Shown: positions 49,145 through 61,600 of the stretch, one piece after another | Layout: each line of letters opens with the position of its first letter | How positions within the stretch are numbered: the stretch's first letter is position 1 | Assembly: GCA_000708835.1 (NCBI GenBank) | Contig: DF237300.1 | Span: 1 to 64,000, forward strand | From: Klebsormidium nitens | Taxonomy: Eukaryota > Plantae > Klebsormidiophyceae | Length of the DNA: 64,000 nucleotides | Direction: 5' to 3' | The notes under the pieces: generated by a model | Seen by the model: only the letters and a program-made list of their open reading frames with translations | Told to the model about the DNA's origin: nothing | Database searches by the model: none | Position numbers and translations under genes: made by a program

Positions 49145-50460
49145 TGTCGTTGTATCGACTCAAGCACGGTTAGAACCCGCGACAGATTTCTGCCTCTAGT
49201 TGTGTAGCCTGGGAGCTGCTCTTTTCAACGCTTGCTTTGCACAGCTGATGAATGTGTCAGTCGTAGGATGCGCGGACAGCTCGCTTGGCTCGCAGACAGA
49301 GGCCTCTGTGGAGCACCAATCATGCAGAGATTTTGACGTCCTTCCTTTTATCCACTATCTGTGAGTATGAGGTGGATAATCACTACAGTAGTTCATGTAT
49401 ACCTAGTTGTGTTGATCAACTCTACGATCTCGTTCCTCTATCCTAGGTCTGGGGATCTCCGACCTCGAACTCACGTCACTTCGTATCCAACACCACCTAG
49501 GACCGGCTTGCATTTGTTGCTTATATGAACGGTGAGCGTCATTGGCATATGCTGGACCTAAACCAAACCTAAACCAAAGTTATACAACTTACAATTTGGG
49601 CCACGCGAACCCGTACCCACCGTAATTCCCCCAGCTAATCCCACCCGTCTCCATGGCTGCATACGTAGCAGCTAGCTGCATGGCTTAAAGTTTCATGAAA
49701 TGAAGTACCTAGGTAGATGGTTTCGTACTTCCGCATCCACCAGAAAGCCTGTGCATTGTTTCACTGATGACACTGATGACAGTACAAACAGTTCGAGCTA
49801 CCTATCTTGTATTACTACCTCAAGCCCAAGTCCAACAGAAATGCCTCCGCTGCGCGCGCGCGGTCGATGTGAGCCTGACTCGGAGACCGTCCATTGCGCG
49901 GATCGCGATTCGCGAGGGCCAAGCAGGTTTTATGCACGTGCGTTATCAGTCAATCATTGAATCATGCGCGTTTCGCGGGGCCGGTGGACTGGCCGGATTC
50001 CAGAAGCATGTACCGGGGAACCGAGTCTGTAGCGTATCTTGTACCGTACTGCGGCAGAGTGCTTTACGAAGGTACCGGTACTCACGACCAGTCGGGCCTG
50101 CAGTGGGCCCTGCAATGTGCATGCGCGATCGGACGCCACAAACGCGTACGTCGCGGCTGCGGCCAGCCTCTGACATCAGCAGCCACAAAGCGCAACGCTT
50201 AGATAGCAATCCGAGCAGTGTCTCAGGTTGACATCACTGCGGGATCACGAGGATTAGTATAGAGTAGCTCTATGAATGGAAGAGGCCCTTGCCAGGGTAG
50301 CTCCCTGCATGTTTCTCACAGTCCCTCGAGCTCAGATCAATGACTAGAGAATGACTAGTCCTTTTGAAATGCTGGACTATCGGTGTCAGCTCTAGTAGTT
50401 CTTCATTGCGGGGCAGCTCAGTTACTGACAACACTTTCCTCCTTTGAACGCTGGGCACCG

Positions 50461-53400
50461 ATGATGAAGCTCGTGCGGCTGGCCGTTCGGACCAAGCCCG
50501 TCTTTCTTGTGCTAAGTTTGATAGCATTCGGGGGGCTGACAGTCTTCCAAGGTGGTTGTTGGCTCTTGATCAAGAACCTCATAGTGCAGTCAAGTCCACA
50601 AACAGCGGACGTCCCTTTCTCCGAAACTGACTTCTTGAACATGAAATACTTTCTCCAAGACAAGATAGGAGCAATAGACCTAGAGGACACAGTCAGAACA
50701 GATTCAGAGAGGAGGCGGATTGTGTGGGATAGATTCCACACAGACCTGTGGAGACTGGAGACTGAGTTCTTGAGGGCGCGCCTGAAGTCACTCAATGCTG
50801 ACTTGGTAAGCATTCCTGAAGATGCGGAGGGGAGACAGGGACCCCCTGTGTGCACCAGAAACGACAGCAGCTGGTTGAGGGGCCACACAACCGCAGGGGA
50901 GGGCCGGCGAAAAGAGAGGCGCAAGATCTATGACGTGTTTCTGTGAGTAACTGCAGCTTTTGCTCTTGACACCATATTCATCCTTTTAAACGAACACTGA
51001 TAACGAAGACATACACTGTATCAATGGTGAGCGATATTAGGGTGGTGTATACATGTGAGATGTGATAAGAGCTGATTGATGGCATGATCAATCGGTGCCA
51101 CATTCTCAGCAGGTGGAGAGTTAATGCACAGCTGAGTTGGCAAAGTCAGGCGCAATATTGACAAACTTCTTTGCTCTCGTGGCTTAGCTCTGGGAGGCCC
51201 AGGTTGTTTGTCATTATTCAGTTGTTTGCGTGCTGTATGCGCCTTTGGTGGCATCAGAAAGCTGGATTGGAATCCTGATACGACAGATCTGGCCCCTGCT
51301 TGTCAGAAAGCAAATTTGTTTTGAACCCTACTTAGTGGAGCAAGATTGCACCGATTACTTCTTAGGTCAAAGACTGGGGTGCTGAGGGCTTGACGCGATT
51401 CTAGGAAAATATAAACAGTAAGTCCTATGCTTGGAAAGTCATTGAATGGTGGTGCCCGATGGAATCATTTTTCTCAGCACCACTGATCAGGGCATTATTT
51501 CAGTTTGGTGGTGTGCAAACATATAGCCTCTAGTTGTGGATGGATTTTGAACGATGCGAGAGAAGCCAACGGCGAAACAAGGCTTGGGTTGAACCGTGAT
51601 TGGAAGTAGGTTCTGACGGGAAGCGAAGCTTTAGTGTGTCTGCTGACATTATTCCAACCACCACCGCGCCGTGACGCTAACCAAAGTTATGGGAAGCTCG
51701 TGTAAGAGTGTGCTTCAAAAAGCAAACGTACGAACGACCTTGTCAGATGCAAAGTGATTAAACGAAGAGGTCATCTTGAAGAGGTTGCACCAGTTTATGT
51801 CTGAGAGGAGGAACCATAGGACGCTGAGTGCCGTGATGGAACTAAAACATCAAAGACTTTGGATCTTGATGCTATTCGGTCTGCTTAATATGCACAACCC
51901 AAGGGCCTAGACATCGGGCTCTTGTTGTCTCCTTTGAAAGTTCTGTCAGTTGGACAACCATGCAAAGCCCTTCTGAACAAGGAACCACCCGGGCGAGAAG
52001 TACAACGCTATCCAGGTTTGGAAGTTGCAGTGGCTTGAAAGGGTTTGGAGGTTGCAGTGGCTGCAAACACATCTGTTCACTTCCCGAATGAGCTGTTGAT
52101 GATTGACATCAACCAGACTGAGGTGGGACAATTGTAGCACCTCTCCGTGCTAATGTTCTGCACTGCGGAAATCTGGTGATTTGAGTTTTGATGACTTTCT
52201 TTCAAGCTCCAAATACATTACACTGAGCCAACCACCAGAGGTTTCGGTGACAGCCCTACTATCAACCTTGCCCAATTCAAGTTCCGGACACTTTTCTGGA
52301 CTAAGATTTTCGACATGAGCTGTTCTGTATAAGCCTCTCCGAACCTCCATTCGGTTCATTTGGCTCAACGAACTAGCATAAGTTGTGCACAATGCTCACA
52401 CCAACGACTGCTCTGTCGGAACCTCTTGATATCCTCAAGATATGGCATCCATTTTTGAAACCGGGGTTCTTTCCAGGTCCTTTGACGAGTTCAAGCTGGC
52501 ATCAGCCTGGACAAGCTTGCATAAACCAACCTTCTTATGCTCCTCGCTTTCGGTTCATTGGAACATCTGCCTACAATCTCTGACTTTTCCGAATCTGCAG
52601 ATTTTTGGACGAGCGCCCCCTGATTGACATCCGGCTAAACCTGCTAGCAGACGTGGTCGACACATTTGTCATCATGCAGTGTCCCATCACATTTATGAAC
52701 CACAGCAAGCCGATGCCAGACCCGACCACGTTCGAGGAGCTCGCGCACGTCAAGCACAAGATCAAGCGGCTGTACTGCGACCTCGAAAACTATCCGTTCC
52801 AGGTAAGGGATGCGTTGTGGTTTTCATTTTACCGGACAGTAAAAGTCGTGACGCTGCAAACAAGGAAAAGGGTGTATCTGCACAAGCGCTCGAGTTCTGT
52901 GAATGGTGACTGACCGCCCTCTATCCCTTACCTGCCACTCATCTCTGCCGTTTCGCCCATAAAACTCAAGAAAGATAAGAGTAAGCCAAGATAATAGTAA
53001 GCTCCGACTAACACTAAAAACCCTAACCCAAAAAGACACCCGCTCCGCGCCCGTACCCACCCTAACCACCAAACAACCCTACCCTTCCCAGTGCGGTTAC
53101 TTTATTATTATCTCGGCTTACTATTCTTTTTCTTGAGTTTGATGTTTCGCCCCCTCCCAGCCGCTAGAGACGATCTCTCCTTTGCCACTTACTTCTTCCT
53201 TTCCCCCCCCTCCCGTCTCCCCAGGAACCCAGCCCCTGGAAACGAGAAGAGCACATGCGGTACACTGCCATCAAGCTCGTAACCGAGTTCGTTAACCCGG
53301 AAGATATCGTCATGTTGGGCGACTTGGATGAACTGGTCGACGGAGGCGCCGTTGACCACTTGACCCACGAGCCCGACTCCGCCTTTCCGGTCACCCTCTA

Positions 53401-54470
53401 CGTTCCGCTCTACCGCTCGAGCTTCGGGTGCATCGACCGGAACTTCAACGGGGAGCCAAAGCTGTGGCCGGGGACAGTCGGTAAGCACGTGGTTAGAATT
53501 TCGGTCTGCGAATCGATTCCAAAAACAGGGTCATGCTTTTCATCCGGAATGATCAGTCGTTGACATCACTTTCCCAACGCATGAGCCCCAAACTCTTCAC
53601 CTCTCATCTCCTCTTCAAAATTGCAAGGATAATAATTGTCTCGTCAGCTGCCTTTGGGGCAGATTTGCGCAGGCACAGACGCGTTTGGGTTGTTTCTTCG
53701 ACGAGGTCCAAATTGTTGGGGTGCTGAGCGCGAAGACTTTTTGATGTTCTTACAAGGGCAGAGAGAGAAGTTTCGCAATCGGTGCTGTTTGGGACATCAG
53801 GCCTGTCTGTGTCACGACAGAGGAGACTACGGACGCTGACATAGACACCCCCTGACAAATAACAAAAGCAACCGTATTGAAGGATTCAAGATTTGTGAGG
53901 TCTTCGAGATTGCCTGTCACGGCGCCAACTGGATCGACGAAGATGTTGGATGACTAGGTCAGTCAGTCCCAACAGCTATCTAGCCGTCAAGTTCCAATAA
54001 TATTCTGATTATAATTATCGAGTCTCGTTTGATCCGGCATCATGACGACACGCAACCAAAATCTCCAACAGCCTTAGTCCGTCCGCCCCGCTCGTTGTCT
54101 GATCCCGTTCCGGAAACCTAGTTCCTCTCCTCTGCTTGCAGCCACGATCGGACGGCTGTTGAAGGAGAAGGCCCCGGGGCATCGGGACGGCAACGAGATG
54201 CGGGACGTGCTCCGCGACCAAAATGTGAATCGGCTCTGGTGCGCGGGGTGGCACTGTAGCTCGTGTATGCACGAACCCGAGATCAAGACAAAGCTGTCGG
54301 AGTATTCACACGCGGCGGAAGTGGACGATAACCACAAGATAGCGGCGGTGTTAAGGGACGTCCGGGACACGTGTCTCTTCGGGTTTTACGAGAGGAAGCG
54401 AACGCTCGAGGGGCTGCCAACATACGTGGTAGAGAATGCCGAGAAGTTTAGGTATTTGATGCCAAAGTAA
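50461..54470 (+). CDS. glycosyltransferase family 17 (beta-1,4-N-acetylglucosaminyltransferase III-like), ~422 aa, 4 exons
   Basis: Exons 50461-50942, 52601-52802, 53225-53480, 54142-54470. N-terminal type II TM anchor, RKIYDVFLF...IDIRLNLLADVVDTFVI, WKREEHMR, DIVMLGDLDE, AGWHCSSC...KLSEYSHA. Confidence 0.88.
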
Positions 54471-55618
54471 AAGCGCACGCGCGCGGCGGCACTGCAAAAA
54501 GCGCCAGCGCGGCGGCACCGCGACCTAGTGTAGGATCATTGCGTTGGCGCGGCTAATAGCGACGGGTGCTGCGGTGCTGATTGCACTCAGTCAGGAGAGG
54601 GTTGAGTCGCATGTGAGTCAGGTCATAGGTGAGTCATATAAACGGCCATTATGCTTCCTCAAAAGCAGGGGATTATGTTGCCGTCTCCTATGAAATACAT
54701 AGTAGATTAAGCGGCGCAATTGAAGCAGCTGACAATTTGGGTCCATCGTACAAGTCTTAGCATAAGCTACCAAGAATTGCGGAAAGCATTGGACGAGTGT
54801 GCAGCGCGGCCGGCCGGCTATGCTGCTAGCTCAGTGACTTGAATCACTGAGACAAAACAGAATTCACAGACTGAGTGGCAAAACGACGATATCGTGCGTA
54901 GCACTGCACTATAACTTCCATGCAAGGGGCGCGTTTTCCAGCCCTAGCATGCTTCATGTGGTAGCTTGATCGACGGTTATGCTACCATGGCTTTAATCGA
55001 GTAGCCCCAAACGCGCACAGTCTACGTGACGATTCTTTGCACCCGGATTGCAATTGCTATGGCTTTCTGCAAAATATATCAGCTATCGATCTTTGAGCCG
55101 GTTACCACTGATGCATGTATGTCATGCTTTGGAAGAATATATATGGCCCACGCCGAGAACGGAACTAGAACAAACCATTGAGCACATGACACGGCCAGCT
55201 TGCCGTGTTGCTTAGACGCGTATGAACTGCTCATTTAATGACGGTGGTCCTCGAGGTTCGAGATCGTCAAAACGTGGCAACCACGTGACCTTATCTGAAT
55301 GCAAAGATTTACAACTACATTGATACATATGATGCTGATGCTATACAGTAACATTGCAACCCATGAAACCTCAACAACAATGGGCCTTTCAAATCCAGGC
55401 ATGACAAACTTGAAATCGCCCGATCAGAAACTAGCTATTTGCAGCGGCCGGCAGCCTGGCGCTGCCGTTGCAGCCAGTTTGAAGCTTGTGCACCGACCAT
55501 CATTCATGCACGCGTCTGCATTGAAGCTTGCTCGTCTGACTGACAACTTCGTCAACGAGACCTTCAGTGCATAATCCACAGACCACTAGTCGACACGCTT
55601 GTCGTACTTGATCGTGTC

Positions 55619-58600
55619 TTAGCTCTGCTTAGAGCACTGGAGAGAGCATGGTGGCTCCCCGGCTGGCTCGACCCACTCCATAAACTCCCTCTCCTCCTCT
55701 AGCGCGTGTGCATAAAAGAACTCAGGATCGACTTTCTGCGCATTCTTTTGTTTCTGAGGCACGAACGTCAACTTGGACGCATAAGCTTTAAGCATAAACA
55801 ACATGTAGTCATAAATCCGAGACATGCCAATGTCTTCCCGCGTGAAGTCCAACGCTGCAACGCCGATTCCTTGGGCCTGTAATGAGAGAGGAGGAAATGT
55901 CACGCTCGCTACAACGCTCGCGACGTAGATGGACCAGACCAACGAATCATGCGCCGTAAAGCATCTCGACACAAAGCGCAGGTTTGCAAGCTCTCCGCAG
56001 TAAAAACGGTGAGCACTCGTAGATACGGCAAACCCGTTAAGCATGGGGTTCTTAAGGCTTTGCAGAAGAGCATGCCGCTGAGGGCTGCCTCTGAACAGTA
56101 CCAAGGCTTACGCAATGCCGTGGTCCCCAAATATATCTCATCCGCCAAACCTCAGACCATGTGCAAACTGCACTGAACAAACTTAAACGAGACCGCGATG
56201 CTGCGGCATCCGAGATCAAGTTTCTCAGATATCTTCTAGCCTTTCATGCACGGGCGTCTCCTAAAACAGCACTAAAGGGCCATCAATCGGCCGCAAAGAT
56301 ACACGGGCCCGACAAGGGATGTCTACAAGTACGAGGTCAAACATTCCGGCGTGCGAAGTGCGAGGTAATGCTTGCGCAAGTGCCGTTCGTTGTTCCGCGA
56401 GATGGCCGTCGCATACAGAGAGCTTCGGTAAGCAAGGCTGGTTACCTAAAATCTGAGTGCTCTCCTACCGTCTGACTTTAAAGCTTCCGTGTATGCGATT
56501 AATGGCAACCGGTTAGGAAGGTGTTTGGAACTCGTTAAGCGAGCTCGCGCAAGGGTGAACGTTTCTAGAAGAATTGTCTAGATGCGCCTATCTATGCCGC
56601 TTCATACGAAGGGATCAAAAGGTGCTCCGAATTTTTAAGACGAGCTTGATTATGGCAAAAGATCGAAATAGTGACAGCGAGGAAGGCCCGTCTCACCTCT
56701 TCCGGATTTGCGCTCCCCCACGCGATCTGTTTCCGAATGTCGGCACACATGTCCTTTCCCCGATCCACCGGCAGGTAATGCGTCCCCGGTATAAGGCCCC
56801 GACTGCCACAAAAACGAGCTGCTTCAGGCATGTGGGCAGATTAAGGGAGCTATTTTGAGGCACTGTCAGACATTGTCGGAAGCTAATAAGGACCAGGACA
56901 CGTCGAAAGGAAAAGCGTTTCGTGATTGAGGCGTTTGCAGCCCGTCGATACGTGGCAGATAGAAGCTCTACTTTTCAGGCCGGAAGTCAGAGAGATGCAG
57001 TCCGGGACCAGAAATGACAAAAGGTCAAGAGCTTGCCGTTGATACTTATATAAGGGTACTGACGCCATGAATGCTCCAAAACGGCGCGTTTTCTTTCTGA
57101 GTACTTAACCAATTGAGATGCAGGAGACCAAGCACACGTTCAGGATGCCGAGGTTCCAAAACGGGGCAGAAACGGTTCCGAGCACTCCAGAAAAGCTGCT
57201 ATGTTGGCGAACGGACTTTCAGACAGTCGTGCACGTTGTCAGAGTGGCAACCTTGTCAGAGTGGCAACATTCCAACTCAGATATAAAAATCCAAAGCGCT
57301 ATCGTAGAAAGGGACTTGTTTCGTACCTGTAAAAGTCCCAGTAGAGCGGCTCAATCACAATCGTTGGCGAGCCGCACGCTAGGATGTACTTGAGACTGCA
57401 TGACCACGTGTTCCCCTCGACGTACATTCGGTACCTGGAGACCATGGGAGGTACCGCTGTTTGCTTCACAGGCGCCATCGTGAACTTCAATGCTTCATTT
57501 TGAGCCGTCGATGCCATCCATCGTCGATCATATGAGTCCGATGATAAGAATCATGATCCGAGTACTTCGAAAGCCGATGGCAACTTTGAAAAAATGTGCT
57601 GTGAAATCGGCGACCGGGTTGGGTAAGTCGTGACGTAACATCGTAAAGAACATTCTACTCAGATCCCCCTGGCGGGAGAAGCCAGAAGGTAAGATCAACC
57701 CGAATCGTGCGGTCATGCTCTTCGGACGTGCAGTAACGTCCAGCTTTCAGGACTATACGTATAGAACGAGTAGTGATGTCTGACAAAATTACTTATGTTC
57801 CAAAAGCGGAGGAAATCCTTGCCAGGCTCTCCAACGCTGCGCGTTGAGCCACCAAACAGCCCACAGCCGTCGTCCGACTTTTTTTTTTCCCGCTCCAGCA
57901 TATCATCGTTTCGACGACAAGCACGATCTCGAGGTATCCCCACGCTCTTGCTTTCTCTCGTAAGCAATTTCACGCTGACCAAAACCAGTCCCTCAGCCTC
58001 ACGCAACACTTCACTTGTGCGTACACAAATCACATCTGAAGTCAATCAAAGAACGACTAAGGAAACGTATACACTGCAGGGGAGCACGTTGGGTATTGCG
58101 GACCATAATCGGCATAGAGACTGCTTCGAGCCTCAGAAACTGTGAACCATCACAACTCACTTGTGCGTGCACTGATTCTCCGGCTTGGTCGAGCTGCTGT
58201 TCATCTCCTTGTCCCAGTCAATGCCCGCCACCTCGATCTCCTCCGGAAATTCCGCCCCGCACGCTAATACCTCTTTCCGGATCATCGCGTTGTCCCCTCG
58301 GCCGGTGTCTACGTTCCCCTTCCAGAAGGCGCGCGGCACGCGGTCTTCCCACGGAGTGCGGATGGACTCCCCCAAGTAGACGGCGGTGCTGACGTTCTCC
58401 CACCCAGGAATCCGTAGTTGGGGCCTGGAGCAAAAACAGAAACTACAAATCAGCGGCAAGAAAAGAGATGTAATGGACGGTCGTTTTTGCGGAGTCAACA
58501 AAGTGAATGGCAGGTCTTACGTTCACCAACCCGGGGAATCCGCGGTTGGGGCCTGGATTTATTTTGCAAATAGCTTCTGCAGTGAAAGAGAGATTCAAAC

Positions 58601-61600
58601 TATATTTCGCAGAAAGGGAGTCACCCAAGTACCCGCCGGTGCTTCCGTTCCCCCCCCAGGATGCAACAGCTGGGGCTGAAAAAGACGGGGTTAACAATCT
58701 TGCAACCGCGATATAAAGCTCGGGCCCGCCAAGAAGAATAGGGAGTGAGCTAAATACCGACTTTCGGATACCCAGATACACACAGCACGGCAGTTCACGG
58801 CTACGCAGCGGGAGCAACAAGGGAAATGCGACGTAGAGATGTAATTGGGTTCACCACACATGTCTAGTCATGAAGAGCTCTCCTCCTAGTACAAAATCTT
58901 CATGCTCGAGGCGCTGAGTCTACAGAATGACAAAGATGGGAAAATCAGCAAGGTCTGAAAAGAGCACTTTGGCAAGACATTGCACTGACGGCTATTGTAC
59001 GACACGTAAAATATAACGTCTTTTTGCTTCGTCAGGGCACGTTCGTCAGGTTGTGTAATGTACAGCCTCTGAGGATCTCAAGTACCGCATACACCCACAC
59101 ACCCTGTGCAATCACGGCCAGCGCTAGATGTCGAATACGAGTCACTTGACCGAACTCTGATCCGATTCGCAAATCGGGTCTGTTTGCCATTCAAAACGTA
59201 CAAGAAAGCTCTTGGTGAGGAGGTGACATTCGCCCCACCGCCAGAATGGTCTGGCCAGGCAATCAGAGTACCAGATCTCCTCATGTCACAAATTTTGACA
59301 TGCCACATCAGCAGAAGAGGGGTCGCATACTGAGAGATAATCAGCCACCTGCTCTTGTAAAAATGGATGCCCCGCGGGCAACAATCACTTGACAACGACG
59401 TCGTCCGAAGGCAACATTTCTAAAATGGGCGAGCCCAAGAATGCTCGTCATAGAAGTGTTGAGCTTCTTCTCCTCGTTGCTTGGAAGTTCCTCACAGCAA
59501 TGTTTCGACCGAAGCTACCAACAAAAGCGATAGGGGCGCCTGTGTGCAAAATCCGTCGTTTGCACGACGAGGATCACACAACAGCTGAGTAAAGATCTTG
59601 CAATCTGTGAGCAGGTTACCCAAAAGTGCCGTCTAAGACGATGTGGGATCGCTATGTGCAACTTAGGAGCCTGCTTGAAAAAAATGATCGACCTTGGCAC
59701 GGATGGTATGCACGAGGGGCAATTGAAACTGATCGTACGACTTCGGGATTCCTTATTCAGAAGACCAGGGGTCCCTTGAGAAGACTACGTTAACAGTCAG
59801 TGGAAGGCTCTGCTAGGCAAAGGCCTTGCACCGAAGTCCGAGATCGAGTTCAACAGTCGTGCACGAATCAAAAGATGGACAGAACAACTTCCAACCTGAG
59901 TTCAATGGCGGGAAAACGCAAGTTGACAATCCTTCGTATGGTCGACTGATCACCTCACGGAATCAGTTTTGTGGATGCGATTTGTCGGAGAAAGTTGCCT
60001 GGTTGGCGGCTATGGACGCGTCTAAGTTATCAGGTGCAAGCGCTAAGGAAGTAACGATTAACTCAGCGTCGAAACGAGTTCCTCCGCATTGGGTCGATGT
60101 CTCAAGGCTCACGTCCCGCTCCAAACCTGGGTGGGGAAGCCAGGATTTGCAGCATCACTGCCAAAGATGAGTGATAGTAGACATAGCCCCACGCTAAACT
60201 TCCCTTTTCGCATAGGTCCCTTCCCTCCAACGAATCATAGAACGGGCGAGCTGCGCATACATTCGTCAACGGGACATACCGAGCAAGTACCTGAGTTGAA
60301 TCTCAGTAGGTTCGATCGTGCAATTTCAATTTCAAGACTGCTCTACCAGATGTTTCGCTGCAAACGATAGTGCAATCTGGGGCTCAATTGAAAATGACGC
60401 ATCGAAGGGAGTCTTGAGTGTCATCAACGAGTGAGACAACATAAAAGAGCCAATTCACGGACGTGACAACGCGCAACTTCGAAGTTGGCGAAGCAGAGGC
60501 TCGTCGGAATCAGACATAGAAGATTTGAAGCAGGGGCGTTTACGAACAGGCGTTCGTGGCATTCAGTTTGAAGCTCGGAGAAACCTGTTGAGCTTATCAA
60601 GTCACCCATGTCTAAGCGTCTTCTTCGCCACAAACAGTCTGCAAGGCAATCCTAGTGAATGCAAGATTTATCAGCGTGCATAACTTCGATACAGTCAGGC
60701 AATGAAATCCAGATCATTATAACCTCTGCCATTTGAAACAACGTCACCCTTGTACTCTCTGCACCAGATACACTGCTAAACAGAAACAGGGCAGCCAATG
60801 ATTGCCGAAAAGAAAGCACATGTGGGCCACGAACGCGCTGATTTGCAATCAGCACTTGTAAGACCTTTCTTCCCGACCCTTTCCCCAAACTCATAGTGGT
60901 GCCGAAAACAGCCCCCACGGATAATCGTCCCGGCCACGTTGTTCAGCTGATCGGCCGGGCTATTGAGCTAACAAGCATACGTAGAGCACGGAAGCATTGC
61001 ATCAATCTGTTTAAAGTATTGCTACTAGCCAAGCAGGAGCTCTCACGAGTAGCGCTCGATAGCACCACAGACAAGGGCCCAAACCCAAGTCGTTGAGAAG
61101 GGCCCAAACCCAAGTCGTTGAGCTGTTCATCCATTCTGACGGACGGCCATACGAAAGCATGCTGGTTGAAGATAAAACAAGGAAGCGTTCGCACAGTAGA
61201 ACAAAGGCAATTTCTCGAAAGTGAAAGTGTTATCCATTCAAAGTCCGGAAAATGATAGAAAATCGCAGGAAGAGACTTGTTTTTCAACCGGATGCTCTGT
61301 CTCTGACGAGACTGGACGACTGCGGAGGCAATGAGGGAGTTTGCAAAGGTGGAAAATTGTAAGGGGATTGTGCAGGCTATGCGCACCAAGAGTCTACTTC
61401 TAGGCGTGGCTTCACTCCATAGCCGGAAAAGCATGGGTTTTTCCCAAGAGGTTTTTGATCATAGCCACTATGATAACCAGAAACATAAACAAAAGGGACG
61501 ACAAAGAAAGTGCGCAGGCCGAGAGCAAACGCCAGGTTTATTCGTTAACAAGCACTATCCCCAACAAACGACGTTTTGTTCACAGGGAACGTCGCCCTGA

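Noticed and set aside
54508-54529. Second possible Helitron end (small hairpin + CTAGT) after the GT17 stop
   Set aside because: The stem is only ~5 bp and sits in the GT17 3' UTR; chance is likely.
55909-56475. Plus-strand ORFs in the last GT90 intron
   Set aside because: Short, with no motifs or clear splice support.
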